Source: a virus (Duplodnaviria > Heunggongvirae > Uroviricota > Caudoviricetes). From it: 64,000 bases of DNA. Under the pieces are notes generated by a model. That model was not told the DNA's origin, did not search any database, and was given only the letters and a program-made list of their open reading frames with translations. The translations under genes were made by a program, and so were the position numbers. Every line of letters starts with the position of its first letter. Position 1 is the stretch's first letter. This document shows, piece after piece, positions 24,541-33,988 of the stretch. Location of the stretch: the IMG/VR virus record IMGVR_UViG_3300029859_000151. One strand, given 5' to 3'.

Positions 24541-26811
24541 ATGTTACAGATTTCTACATTTTTTATACAGAATAGTGATGAAGCAACTTCATTAGAAAAG
24601 AAAAATCATGAAAATGCTTTTGAATATTTGCCGGAAGCGAAAGCTAAAACATATAGTGAACTTTTGGATAATAAAACTGGCGTAGGATGCACAATTCAAT
24701 TAGTCCCTTCAGAAAAGGAAGGGGCTAAAGAAAATGCGTTAATTGAAAATGGAATGAATTTATATTTGTTATCTACAGCCAGAAGAGCCTTCTTGGAAAA
24801 AGATTGCGATTGTTTGGTTAGCTTATCGTTTAATGAAGATAGTCCGGAAAACAAAAATCGAAATGGGATGATTGTTTATGCCATTTTAAAAACTGATAAT
24901 CGTAAATATATAGATGATATGTTGCCGGATATTTCAAAATATATTTGTGAAAAATTAGGTATTGAAGAAAGTAATACTGAAGAAATAGATAATAACAGAA
25001 TGAGTTCTGAACAAAGAAACGAAAGTAATAAAAGTAATGATGACAATGAAAGTAAGAAAAGCACAAATGAATCAAATGAAATTAGCAATGAGAAAATAAC
25101 GAAAACTTCTGATGCTTTAGATATAATGCCAACAACCGTTTTAAGCCAAAAACAGGCTATAGATAATTACTCCTTGAATAATAAAGAAAGAAATGTGTCT
25201 AAAAAAACAGAAAAGGTTTCAGAAAATTTAAAATCAAAAAAAGTAACAGAAGAAGATATAGAAGATATTTTTTCTATTGCTCAAAAACAAGAAAAAACAT
25301 CTAACATAGAAGAATTTGAAAAGTTTGAATTAGAAAATAATGAAGAGAATCAAAAAAATGAAAAGATGGATTCTTTTTTTATAGAAGAATCTGATAAAAA
25401 TGAAGAAAAGCTATTTTTGGATGAACCACACGAGATAGAGGATGAAAATGAAACAAAATTTCAAAAAAAAGAAAATAAGGAAGAGCAACTAAAAAGACAA
25501 AAAGAAACACAAAAGGAATTGTTAAAAAAATCATCGAAGAAAGCCCCTTTTTTAAATGTAATTGATAATTATATTCCTGATAGCAACTTGGAAAATAAAG
25601 AACTTTTCAAAACATATCACGATGTTGATTACAACATAAAAACAACTGCTTCTAAAGATAAAATAGATAAACTTTTTAATCAGGCACTTAGTTATTGCTA
25701 TCAGAATAAAAGAAGTGAACTTTCTCATGCACAGGAAGGATCTGGAGATATCAAAGCTTTTTTGAATACAATTGCTATTTATGTAAAAGATAGCTTAGAT
25801 CTTCCAGTTGAAGACCGCGATTATTTTATGGATAAAATAAAAAGAGCTTTATTCTCTTATTATATTTTAATCCCATTGATTAACGATCCTCAAGTTTCTG
25901 ATATAAAGGTACTTGCCCCAGATAAAATAAATGTAAAAATAGATGGTATTCATTATAGTGTAGATGGATTAAAATTTGTTGATGCAGACGATTTCCTTAC
26001 CTTTACACTTGGATTAATGCGCCGAAATGGAGCTAAACCGATCAACGGTATTTCAAAATTTACAGATACTAAATTCTGTGATAATTATATTCTCCGATTT
26101 GATGTAACGTTCCCTCAAATAAATGTAAGCGGGTTCCCTGTTGTTCATATTAGAAAAATGGAAAAGAACAAAATGATGATTTCTGATTTAATTAAAGCGG
26201 GAATGTTGGATGAAAAAATGGCAGCTTATTTTAAAGATAAGTTGCGGACAAGTAAAGGTATCGTTATTGCTGGACCATCTGCATGTGGAAAATCAAAGTT
26301 CTTAAATGCGTTAGTAGAAGAAATTCCTTTTACTGAAGCGGGATTAGCAATCCAGGAAGCGGATGAAATTTTTGCTAAAAATCATCCCAATATTATGTGC
26401 CAGCATATGTATTTTGGCGCTAATGGGAATGTTTTGGCTGGAATGGACAAACTTGGAGAAAATGGACTTGTATGCGATGTTAAATATTTTATTATTGGAG
26501 AAATCAAGGGCGCTGAGGCAAGAGACTTTTTGCGAGCAGCTAATACTGGACATATATGTCTATGCACAGTACATACGCCGTCAGCAGAAGAAACAATTCC
26601 TCGATTAGCTGATTATGTGATGCGCGGAACAAGATATAGTATGGAAGAGGCAGAACGACTTTTAAAGGATTTGGAAATAATTGTATATGTTGATAGATTT
26701 AAAATCCGGGAAATAACAGAAGTCCTCGGGTATGATGAAGAACATAAAAAATTAATCTATCGAACAGTATATCTAAGAGATTACCAAAATGAAAACGGAA
26801 AGAGTGCTTAA
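24541..26811 (+). CDS. CpaF/TadA/VirB11-type secretion-family ATPase with long low-complexity (K/E/N/S-rich) N-terminal half
   Basis: VSDIKVLAPDKINVKIDGIHY (TadA/CpaF N-domain motif), Walker A VIAGPSACGKSKFLNAL, Walker B and His-box FIIGEIKGAEARDFLRAANTGHICLCTVHTPSAEE. Residues about 140-330 are a repetitive E/K/N-rich region. Confidence 0.75.
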   Translation: MLQISTFFIQNSDEATSLEKKNHENAFEYLPEAKAKTYSELLDNKTGVGCTIQLVPSEKEGAKENALIENGMNLYLLSTARRAFLEKDCDCLVSLSFNEDSPENKNRNGMIVYAILKTDNRKYIDDMLPDISKYICEKLGIEESNTEEIDNNRMSSEQRNESNKSNDDNESKKSTNESNEISNEKITKTSDALDIMPTTVLSQKQAIDNYSLNNKERNVSKKTEKVSENLKSKKVTEEDIEDIFSIAQKQEKTSNIEEFEKFELENNEENQKNEKMDSFFIEESDKNEEKLFLDEPHEIEDENETKFQKKENKEEQLKRQKETQKELLKKSSKKAPFLNVIDNYIPDSNLENKELFKTYHDVDYNIKTTASKDKIDKLFNQALSYCYQNKRSELSHAQEGSGDIKAFLNTIAIYVKDSLDLPVEDRDYFMDKIKRALFSYYILIPLINDPQVSDIKVLAPDKINVKIDGIHYSVDGLKFVDADDFLTFTLGLMRRNGAKPINGISKFTDTKFCDNYILRFDVTFPQINVSGFPVVHIRKMEKNKMMISDLIKAGMLDEKMAAYFKDKLRTSKGIVIAGPSACGKSKFLNALVEEIPFTEAGLAIQEADEIFAKNHPNIMCQHMYFGANGNVLAGMDKLGENGLVCDVKYFIIGEIKGAEARDFLRAANTGHICLCTVHTPSAEETIPRLADYVMRGTRYSMEEAERLLKDLEIIVYVDRFKIREITEVLGYDEEHKKLIYRTVYLRDYQNENGKSA

Positions 26812-26887
26812 AAATATAGATTTTGAGTATAGAAATGAGTGGAAAATATGCATCCACTCATTTCTTCATTATAAAATATTTTATTTT

Positions 26888-26899
26888 TCTGACATATTA
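26888..26899 (+). promoter_or_regulatory. phage promoter motif copy
   Basis: TTTTTCTGACATATTAGTAATATAAAC. Confidence 0.55.
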
Positions 26900-26933
26900 G
26901 TAATATAAACAAAAAGAAAGGATTTTTTGTACT

Positions 26934-27914
26934 ATGAAATATATATTAAAATATCAGCGATATCCAGTAATGGAAATCGATCTTACTCTGACTCCACATG
27001 GAATAAATTTCAATCGAATTATCAAGATAATTGATCGCCCATTATTGCCATTCGCATTGCAGAATGTGCAAATTTCTGATATGTTGCAGGAATTTAAAAG
27101 ATGGTACATGCAAAGATTAATGCCATCTAATCGAATTGGTATTGAACCGGCGATTAAAAGCATGAGTATGACCAAGGAAAATAATATTAAAGATTTAGAT
27201 TGGAAAGGGACAATAATGCTAATGTCTCTTTTAGCATATGGCCGAAATATGACAGATAAATACTGGTTGTCTCCAACAAGAGATATTGTAATAAACACTG
27301 GAATGCCGACACATGGGCTAAATGGAATAATGCTGAAATCAAAATTAACTTATAAAGGATTAGATTTTCATAAAAACGGAATTGCAGAAGACTATGGATA
27401 TGCGATTTTAAAAAATGATGGAATGCCTAAGAATTCTATGGATTTTAATTGTCCAGATTTTTGCACAAACGGCAAAGAAAAGAAACGATTTGTTAAAGAT
27501 CCGGCAGGTTTTTTCTGGTTAGAAAAATACGTATCAACTAATTTAGAAGAATTTAAAAATAAGGCTAGAAAAATGACGCTGGCATATAATGAACAACCAG
27601 ATATTTTTCAAGGATTTCAATTTGTTTTTGATGAAAATACAATTCCAATAGGCTATAAAACAAGATGTTTAACATCAAAAGATGTTGAATTGGTTACGTT
27701 GAAAGATATTTGCTTAAATGTCGATTATAAAGACAAAACCATCACAAAAGATCGTATGATCGAAAATTTGCAATCATACATTTCAGAAAAGTCAGCAAAA
27801 GATTTTATTGAAATTATTTCTGAATATATCGAACCAGAGAAAATTCCTGATAATTCAGGTGTCCTTATTAACACAACATCAAAGAGCATTATTCAAAAAG
27901 TTGCATGGATGTAA
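26934..27914 (+). CDS. hypothetical protein (326 aa)
   Basis: RBS AAAGAAAGGATTTTTTGTACT-ATG; no recognisable motifs. Confidence 0.55.
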   Translation: MKYILKYQRYPVMEIDLTLTPHGINFNRIIKIIDRPLLPFALQNVQISDMLQEFKRWYMQRLMPSNRIGIEPAIKSMSMTKENNIKDLDWKGTIMLMSLLAYGRNMTDKYWLSPTRDIVINTGMPTHGLNGIMLKSKLTYKGLDFHKNGIAEDYGYAILKNDGMPKNSMDFNCPDFCTNGKEKKRFVKDPAGFFWLEKYVSTNLEEFKNKARKMTLAYNEQPDIFQGFQFVFDENTIPIGYKTRCLTSKDVELVTLKDICLNVDYKDKTITKDRMIENLQSYISEKSAKDFIEIISEYIEPEKIPDNSGVLINTTSKSIIQKVAWM

Positions 27915-27944
27915 CAATTGTAAGAAAAAATTAGGGAGAGTATT

Positions 27945-28190
27945 ATGGGAAATTTTAATGATAAATTAGATGCTATTTTTGAAGTTATTGAAAACATTCC
28001 GGCGGACGCATCATATATTCCGACCGTTGAAGAATTAAGAAAAAACAAAGTAGAAAAAGATATTGAAAAATATTTACCATATCTTTTGTGGGTATCAGAA
28101 ATGCTTGTAGGGACAAAAAATAAAAAAGAAAAAGAAACTAATCGTTATATCAATTATTTAGTAAGTCAATTAGAAGCAGCAGAGGGGTGA
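27945..28190 (+). CDS. hypothetical protein (81 aa)
   Basis: RBS TTAGGGAGAGTATT-ATG. Confidence 0.45.
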   Translation: MGNFNDKLDAIFEVIENIPADASYIPTVEELRKNKVEKDIEKYLPYLLWVSEMLVGTKNKKEKETNRYINYLVSQLEAAEG

Positions 28191-28209
28191 TTTTCCCAAA
28201 GGAGGAATT

Positions 28210-30531
28210 ATGGCCAAAAACGAACTGGAAATGATCACAAAATCAACCAATATTGTGGCGTCAGCGATCACCGATATGCTTACGTCTCTTAGTTATATGA
28301 GGCTTAATGAAAGCCTTAGAGAAACTGAAAGATTAAAAGCAGAAATGCTTTATAAATTAACAAATGGTGGAAAAACAGCTCCGTATTTGCAGGAATACGG
28401 GGCGGAAAATGTCAAGTTTTCTTTATTAATGAGAAAAAAAATTGAAGAATATAACTTGACTGCTGATCCAGAGGATAAAATTAACTTTTTTTTCAGTGAG
28501 ACATTGGATGGGCATAAAGTATTATGGACCGATGAGCAAGGTGCTGCCAAAATCAATAATCTTCGAAAAGAATTACTAATTGCTTTTGGAGATTTTTATT
28601 CTGAAATTAGTCCAAGTGAATTATACAGAGCTAATATGGGAAATGAAGTCGTGACATTCAATGGCGTCACAGAAAAAGAACTCAGTATATTAAAAAGCAA
28701 TATGGGACCGGGCGGAGCGGCATTTTCTTTTGCTACTATTCCTAATGGAGACGGAACATATAATGTTGAAGTAAACAAAAAAGATTTTATTGCAGGTGAA
28801 AATAGAGAAGATTTTTTAGTCAATCTTATTCGTGCAAATACAATAGAGAATAGTGCAAGGAATAGCTATCTTTGCAATGAGTTAGCTTATGAAAAAGATT
28901 TAAAAGAACGCATGATAAATTATGATTCCGAATCGCCAACATATGTTACGTCAGCAACAGACGGTGGCAGATATATCAAGATTACGAAAAATGAATTTTC
29001 TGTTTATAATGTTGGTTTGGATGCAAATGATGTTCGGCAGCAAATAGAACAGCAAGTAAAACTAAAGGATTCATCACCAGAAAAATATAAAGATGAACTA
29101 TACAAAGCAATCATTTCTTTTAACCGACCAGTAGAAATTAACGATGATATATGGAAAGAGAATGAAAAGCAATTTGAAAACTTGTATGGAAAAGAAGGAG
29201 ATCTTTATGCAAGAGAAACCAAAATACAAGCAGCCATAATGAGAGATCTTGAAAAAACTAGGATGAGCTTCCCATCGGTTCGGAGCAAAAAAGCCCCAGA
29301 TTTATTGAAACAGTTAGAAAGACAGGCTAACCGATCATTGGCAGCAAGTATAGCTGCAAAAATTGTTTATGATAAATTAAATAAAGGAGAAGTTATTGAT
29401 ACCGCTCAGATTCCCGAAATGCTCAATCGAAAAGAGGTTGATCGAATTATTAGAGCTGCTTTTTTTAAAGAACACTTACTTCATATGCAGCCGGATATTC
29501 ATAAAGAATTTATAGAACAAATAAAAAATACCGATTTGTTTAAACAATTTGAAGTGGCATTAGTTAATCCAGATCTAAAAGACGAAATGACAAAATTGAT
29601 AGAAAATTCCTATGAAGATTTTTATTTTGAACTAAATAAACCTCTGCAAGAAAAAATAAAAAATGAATATCGTAAATTTGAAAATGAAATAAAAACAAAT
29701 TGTGAAGCTGCGATAAATAAAGGAGTTTCAAAAAGCACCGAACAAACTATTGAACGAATAAAAAATGAAGAAACTGACAAGACTCTTCAGATCATTTTAG
29801 CAAAATGTATTACCGGAAAAACTTTGGAAGGAATCCGACCATTGCAAACCGATATCCAGGTACTCCGTAATGCTGAATTTGATGATGAATTAACAAGATT
29901 ATTTGCTCAAAAGTTAGAAAAGAAATTAGAAGAAATTACAGGAGAAAAAGATTTATCGCCAGATATTTTAAAAACAGAAGCTTATGAAGAAGCTGTTAAA
30001 GCAACATCAGAAGAAATTTTGAGGGGAATTAAAGAAAACACATTAAAGAATGAATCCCCTAAATGGATGTCAGTTATCAAACATGCTGATTATATCGGTG
30101 GAATTGATGAAGAAAAACTAAAGGAAATTGCTGATGCGGCAATTTCTATAGGAGATTATGATTCTAAGTGCCGAGAAATTCAACCACAAGATTTGAGTTG
30201 GGCTACAGATTTAGAACAAGAACAACCAGAAAAATGGGAAATGCTTCAATACGAACATAATGAAGAAAAAATAGGGCAAATATTAAAAGAATCGATTATG
30301 ATTGAAGACGTTGATCTAAATGGTTCTATTGAAAAAATGCAAGGGGTTTTCCACAAAAATTTAGAACAATATAATATCGACGATTCTGAAAGAGATGTAA
30401 ATGGAGAAGTTGATATGGACATGGATTTTGTTAGTCGAAATGTTGATGGTGAAGCATTTGATGAAGAAAAAGAAACCATGGATGAAAGATTCGATAGAAC
30501 GGAAGATGAAGAAATTCCTATAGATGTATGA
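28210..30531 (+). CDS. large hypothetical protein (773 aa), predicted alpha-helical with acidic C-terminus
   Basis: RBS AAAGGAGGAATT-ATG; no recognisable catalytic motifs; DE-rich last 120 aa. Confidence 0.6.
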   Translation: MAKNELEMITKSTNIVASAITDMLTSLSYMRLNESLRETERLKAEMLYKLTNGGKTAPYLQEYGAENVKFSLLMRKKIEEYNLTADPEDKINFFFSETLDGHKVLWTDEQGAAKINNLRKELLIAFGDFYSEISPSELYRANMGNEVVTFNGVTEKELSILKSNMGPGGAAFSFATIPNGDGTYNVEVNKKDFIAGENREDFLVNLIRANTIENSARNSYLCNELAYEKDLKERMINYDSESPTYVTSATDGGRYIKITKNEFSVYNVGLDANDVRQQIEQQVKLKDSSPEKYKDELYKAIISFNRPVEINDDIWKENEKQFENLYGKEGDLYARETKIQAAIMRDLEKTRMSFPSVRSKKAPDLLKQLERQANRSLAASIAAKIVYDKLNKGEVIDTAQIPEMLNRKEVDRIIRAAFFKEHLLHMQPDIHKEFIEQIKNTDLFKQFEVALVNPDLKDEMTKLIENSYEDFYFELNKPLQEKIKNEYRKFENEIKTNCEAAINKGVSKSTEQTIERIKNEETDKTLQIILAKCITGKTLEGIRPLQTDIQVLRNAEFDDELTRLFAQKLEKKLEEITGEKDLSPDILKTEAYEEAVKATSEEILRGIKENTLKNESPKWMSVIKHADYIGGIDEEKLKEIADAAISIGDYDSKCREIQPQDLSWATDLEQEQPEKWEMLQYEHNEEKIGQILKESIMIEDVDLNGSIEKMQGVFHKNLEQYNIDDSERDVNGEVDMDMDFVSRNVDGEAFDEEKETMDERFDRTEDEEIPIDV

Positions 30532-30540
30532 CGAATAAAA

Positions 30541-30580
30541 AGCAACCGCCTTCTCTTTTTGAGAAGGCGGATTTTCTTTA
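30541..30580 (+). terminator. rho-independent terminator
   Basis: AACCGCCTTCTC-TTTTT-GAGAAGGCGGATTTTCTTT. Confidence 0.7.
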
Positions 30581-30617
30581 ACTTAAAATAATCTTATTTC
30601 TATGACTTCTCAAAATA

Positions 30618-30629
30618 TCTGACATATTA
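30618..30629 (+). promoter_or_regulatory. phage promoter motif copy
   Basis: AATATCTGACATATTAAATTAGAA. Confidence 0.55.
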
Positions 30630-30665
30630 AATTAGAATTGAAGAAAGAACAAAGGAGTCCCAAAT

Positions 30666-30908
30666 ATGAAAAAAAGTACATGGAATATATATCCCGATAT
30701 AAAACCTGCAGATATACCAGAAACAGAAGATTTTGGTATTGAATATGAAGTGAAATATAAAACGCCAAATGGTGAAATCAAGACAATGATAACGGAATGG
30801 TTATGGGAAAGGGAATGGAATTGCATCTATCCTGTCATAGCGTGGAAACAGCATAATTCAATTATTTCTTTTGCAGAATACAAATCAAGATGCAAAAATT
30901 ATAAATAA
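30666..30908 (+). CDS. hypothetical protein (80 aa)
   Basis: RBS AAAGGAGTCCCAAAT-ATG. Confidence 0.45.
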   Translation: MKKSTWNIYPDIKPADIPETEDFGIEYEVKYKTPNGEIKTMITEWLWEREWNCIYPVIAWKQHNSIISFAEYKSRCKNYK

Positions 30909-30915
30909 TTATTTT

Positions 30916-30928
30916 CTGTACCGAAAAA
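30916..30928 (+). promoter_or_regulatory. upstream element CTGTACCGAAAAA
   Basis: 17 nt 5' of the promoter core at 30945. Confidence 0.45.
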
Positions 30929-30944
30929 TAAATTTTTAGAAACA

Positions 30945-30956
30945 TCTGACATATTG
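30945..30956 (+). promoter_or_regulatory. phage promoter motif copy (variant ..ATATTG)
   Basis: ACATCTGACATATTGAATATGTAACC. Confidence 0.5.
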
Positions 30957-31007
30957 AATATGTAACCAAAAAACATGGCACACAGGAGGAATTGAATATG
31001 AGTGAGA

Positions 31008-31144
31008 ATATTACTTCACCAGAAAAGAACACTGTAGAAACTACAGAAAAAAAGCCGGCAATGTTTTCTAAGATGACCAGAAATCTTATGATTGCCACGG
31101 GCGTCTTGGTTATTGCAGCTATTGTTGTTGTGAATTTCCTGTAA
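31008..31144 (+). CDS. small membrane protein (45 aa), probable partner of the flotillin gene
   Basis: RBS CACAGGAGGAATTGAAT-ATG; single C-terminal TM helix; perfect palindrome GTGAATTTCCTG-TAA-TCAGGAAATTCAC spans its stop codon. Confidence 0.4.
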
Positions 31145-31237
31145 TCAGGAAATTCACAATATTCTAAGATTTGTAGTTCACAATGCACAGACAAAAATGT
31201 GTAAAAAACAAAACTAAGAAGAAAGAGGAATTAAATT

Positions 31238-32770
31238 ATGTCATTATTAAATTTATCACTTATACCAATTATTGTTGCAGTATTAGTAATTGCATTACTT
31301 TGCATGGGATACGTGAAAGCGCCGCCGGATATGGCATATATTATTTCCGGTGTCAAGAAGAAGTCCAAAGTAGTCATCGGAAAAGCGAGTATTCGTATTC
31401 CATTTTTTGAGCGACTGGATAAGCTGAATCTACGGTTAATTCCAATTGACGTTAAGACAAGCAATGCTGTACCGACAGCAGACTACATCAATATCAATGT
31501 TGATGCAACTGTTAACATTAAGATCAGCAACGATCCAGAGAAGCTGCGGCTTGCGGCAGAGAATTTTTTAAATAAAAACACTGAGTATATTGCCGGGGTG
31601 GCAAGAGAGGTTCTTGAGGGTAATGTGCGTGAGATCGTCGGCAAGATGAAGCTCGAAGAGATGGTGTCTGACCGTCAGAAGTTTGCTAATCTGGTTAAGG
31701 AAAATGCAGAGCCGGATCTTGCAGCGATGGGACTCGATATTATTAGCTTCAATGTCCAGAATTTCGTGGATGGCAATGAGGTTATTGAAAATCTGGGTAT
31801 TGATAATATCGTAAAAATCAAGAAGAGTGCAGCGATTGCCCGTGCCGAGAGTGAGCGAGATATTAAAGTTGCTCAGGCAAATGCGGACAAGGAATCTAAT
31901 GATGCTGCCGTAGCCGCACAGACCGAAATCGCAAAGAAGCAGAATGAGCTTGCCATTAAGAAATCTGAACTTCAGATGGAAGCAGATACGAAAAAGGCTA
32001 TGGCTGATGCTGCTTATGAAATTCAGAAAGAGGAACAGCGTAAAACAATTGAGATCGCTACCGCAAATGCAGATATTGCAAAACAGGAGCGGGAAATTGA
32101 GTTGAAACAGAAGGAGGTTGCGGTCAAGGAGCAGTCTCTAGAGGCAGAGATTAAGAAACAGGCAGAGGCTGATAAGTATGCGGCACAGCAGAAAGCCGAT
32201 GCGGAGTTATATAAACGACAGAAAGAAGCAGAAGCAAAGAAATATGAAATGCAGCAGGAAGCAGAAGCTATGAAAGCGAAAGCAGAAGCAGAAAAATACG
32301 CTAAAGCACAGAATGCAGAGGGTATTCGCGCTATTGGACTTGCAGAAGCGGAAACTATTAAGGCGAAGTCGGTTGCAGAAGCTGAAGGTATCGAAAGAAA
32401 GGCAGAAGCACAGGCAAAGATGGGACAGGCGTCTGTAATTGACATGTTGACAGCTGTTATCCCGGAAGTGGCAAAGAGTGTAGCTGAGCCGTTAGCAAAA
32501 GTTGACAAGATCACAATGTATGGAGATGGTAATTCTACTAAATTAATTGGAGACATTACAAACTCTGTGACAAAAGTAATTGCTGGAGTAGGAGAATCAA
32601 CAGGAGTTGATATTTCCAAAATGGTAAAAGATTTTGCTGAAAAAACTAATGACAAGAAAGATGGTGATGTCATTGTAGACCTTGAGGCAAATGCGAACAC
32701 CAATGATAAAGCAATTGACACAAAGGATGATGACGATTCAGAGGATGTAGATTACAGAGAAGAGAAGTGA
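31238..32770 (+). CDS. SPFH/band-7 flotillin-like protein (YqiK/FloT-like)
   Basis: N-terminal TM helix, SPFH core (IPIDVKTSNAVPTADYININVDATV.., DRQKFANLVKE..) and a long Ala/Glu/Lys-rich coiled-coil (AEAEKYAKAQ..). Local GC is markedly higher than the rest of the window. Confidence 0.8.
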   Translation: MSLLNLSLIPIIVAVLVIALLCMGYVKAPPDMAYIISGVKKKSKVVIGKASIRIPFFERLDKLNLRLIPIDVKTSNAVPTADYININVDATVNIKISNDPEKLRLAAENFLNKNTEYIAGVAREVLEGNVREIVGKMKLEEMVSDRQKFANLVKENAEPDLAAMGLDIISFNVQNFVDGNEVIENLGIDNIVKIKKSAAIARAESERDIKVAQANADKESNDAAVAAQTEIAKKQNELAIKKSELQMEADTKKAMADAAYEIQKEEQRKTIEIATANADIAKQEREIELKQKEVAVKEQSLEAEIKKQAEADKYAAQQKADAELYKRQKEAEAKKYEMQQEAEAMKAKAEAEKYAKAQNAEGIRAIGLAEAETIKAKSVAEAEGIERKAEAQAKMGQASVIDMLTAVIPEVAKSVAEPLAKVDKITMYGDGNSTKLIGDITNSVTKVIAGVGESTGVDISKMVKDFAEKTNDKKDGDVIVDLEANANTNDKAIDTKDDDDSEDVDYREEK

Positions 32771-32849
32771 TGATATCATAATACATACAAAGGAGAGGGA
32801 AACTTCTCCTTTTGTGATATATTAAATTATTTTTTAAAACAAAAAACTT

Positions 32850-32862
32850 CTGTACCGAAAAA
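32850..32862 (+). promoter_or_regulatory. upstream element CTGTACCGAAAAA
   Basis: 14 nt 5' of the promoter core at 32877. Confidence 0.45.
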
Positions 32863-32876
32863 TTTTTAAAAAATTT

Positions 32877-32888
32877 TCTGACATATTA
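32877..32888 (+). promoter_or_regulatory. phage promoter motif copy driving the tRNA cluster
   Basis: TTTTCTGACATATTATATATGGATC, about 105 nt upstream of tRNA-Met. Confidence 0.5.
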
Positions 32889-32993
32889 TATATGGATCTT
32901 TTAAAACAATTAGAACCTGCAAAGTCTGCTGGCATACCAGAAAAGTATAGGTTCACAAATTCCATTATTATTTTAGGGCAGTATGCCAAATAC

Positions 32994-33066
32994 GGACCAT
33001 TAGTTCAGCTGGTAGAACGCTCGGCTCATAACCGGGAAGTCGTAGGTTCGAGTCCTACATGCTCCA
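32994..33066 (+). tRNA. tRNA-Met (anticodon CAT; elongator or Ile2-lysidine type)
   Basis: manual cloverleaf: acceptor GGACCAT/ATGCTCC (one mismatch), D-arm GTTC-AGCTGGTA-GAAC, anticodon loop CTCATAA, T-arm GTAGG-TTCGAGT-CCTAC, discriminator A. Confidence 0.75.
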
Positions 33067-33105
33067 TTTATATAATAGTTAAAAATTTATTTTTAAATAA
33101 AAACT

Positions 33106-33129
33106 TCTGTACCACTGCTGTACCGAAAA
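33106..33129 (+). promoter_or_regulatory. upstream element, tandem half-duplication (CTGTACCACTGCTGTACCGAAAAG)
   Basis: two CTGTACC copies 12 nt apart, 15 nt 5' of the promoter core at 33145. Confidence 0.4.
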
Positions 33130-33144
33130 GTTTTTAAAAATATT

Positions 33145-33156
33145 TCTGACATATTA
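33145..33156 (+). promoter_or_regulatory. phage promoter motif copy (in front of tRNA-Glu)
   Basis: TATTTCTGACATATTATATATGAAATC. Confidence 0.5.
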
Positions 33157-33172
33157 TATATGAAATCAAAAA

Positions 33173-33246
33173 GGCGCCTTGATCTAATGGTTAGTGATAT
33201 CGCTCTTTCACAGCGAAAATGCAGGGTTCGAGTCCCGCAGGCGTCA
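33173..33246 (+). tRNA. tRNA-Glu (anticodon TTC)
   Basis: acceptor GGCGCCT/AGGCGTC, anticodon stem TCGCT/AGCGA with loop CTTTCAC, T-loop TTCGAGT; the T-stem needs a bulged A (GC[A]GGG/CCCGC). Confidence 0.65.
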
Positions 33247-33370
33247 TTCTCTTCTTAAAAGAAGAGACGTTATGTAATAAAAAGTCGTACTATGTAATGG
33301 CCTCCTTTCTGGGATAGACATATTGGCCGGATGTATCTGTCCTCATCACAACCTAAACATAGGCGGCTAC

Positions 33371-33442
33371 GGGATATTAGCTCAGCGGAAGAGCAATCGA
33401 CTTTTAATCGATAGGTCTCGGGTTCGAATCCCGGATGTCCCA
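33371..33442 (+). tRNA. tRNA-Lys (anticodon TTT)
   Basis: acceptor GGGATAT/ATGTCCC, D-arm GCTC-AGCGGAA-GAGC, anticodon stem ATCGA/TCGAT with loop CTTTTAA, T-arm TCGGG-TTCGAAT-CCCGG. Confidence 0.8.
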
Positions 33443-33680
33443 TGATAGGTCTTTTGCCTTTAAAGGTTTTTTCCTTTATCGCAAAAGTGGCAACTTGTTT
33501 TAGGTGTTTTGATTCATCTAAGCAAGAAAAAAATCAGAAAAAAAAGATGTTGCGAAAGCGCGCGCAAGTAACGGCATCAGTTCACATCATTAATCGCCGA
33601 CTGATTTGGAATACCTTTGTTGGGTGTGAACAAATAACTTTGAAAAATAAGTAATTTGGAAAATAAGCAAAAACATATAT

Positions 33681-33771
33681 GATGCAGTACCGAAATGGTT
33701 ATAACGGCAATCCCTGCTAAGGATTTGTGCTGAATTGAGTAAGCATGGAGGTTCGAATCCTCTCTGCATCG
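33681..33771 (+). tRNA. tRNA-Ser (anticodon GCT), long variable arm
   Basis: acceptor GATGCAG/CTGCATC (perfect), anticodon stem ATCC/GGAT with loop CTGCTAA, variable arm TGTGCTGAATTGAGTAAGCAT, T-arm GGAGG-TTCGAAT-CCTCT, discriminator G. Confidence 0.75.
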
Positions 33772-33790
33772 TTATAACAATTTAATATAT

Positions 33791-33873
33791 GCCATATGTC
33801 CGGGTGGTTGAGGGAGCGGTCTTGAAAATCGTTGGCCTATAAAGGCTTGCAGGTTCGAATCCTGTGTATGGCG
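33791..33873 (+). tRNA. tRNA-Ser (anticodon TGA), long variable arm
   Basis: acceptor GCCATAT/GTATGGC, anticodon loop CTTGAAA, variable hairpin GCCT-ATAA-AGGC, T-arm GCAGG-TTCGAAT-CCTGT; D-arm non-canonical. Confidence 0.6.
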
Positions 33874-33909
33874 TTAAAAGAAAAAATATAAATATATTTT
33901 CTCTTTTTA

Positions 33910-33981
33910 TAATAAAGTAATGGGCATTCGCCAAGCGGTAAGGCACTGGATTTTGATTCCAGCATCCGTAGGTTCGAATCC
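33910..33981 (+). tRNA. tRNA-Gln (anticodon TTG)
   Basis: U1:A72 acceptor TGGGCAT/ATGCCCA typical of bacterial tRNA-Gln; anticodon stem CTGGA/TCCAG with loop TTTTGAT; T-arm GTAGG-TTCGAAT-CCTAC. Confidence 0.8.
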
Positions 33982-33988
33982 TACATGC

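Noticed and set aside
32023-32721. 232-aa minus-strand ORF inside the flotillin gene
   Set aside because: It is an antisense artefact of the GC-richer, Ala/Glu-codon-rich coiled-coil region; its Ser/Ala-rich low-complexity translation has no start context.
32892-33654. Track ORFs 32892..33137 and 33442..33654
   Set aside because: They overlap tRNA genes and tRNA spacers; tRNA structure explains the sequence.
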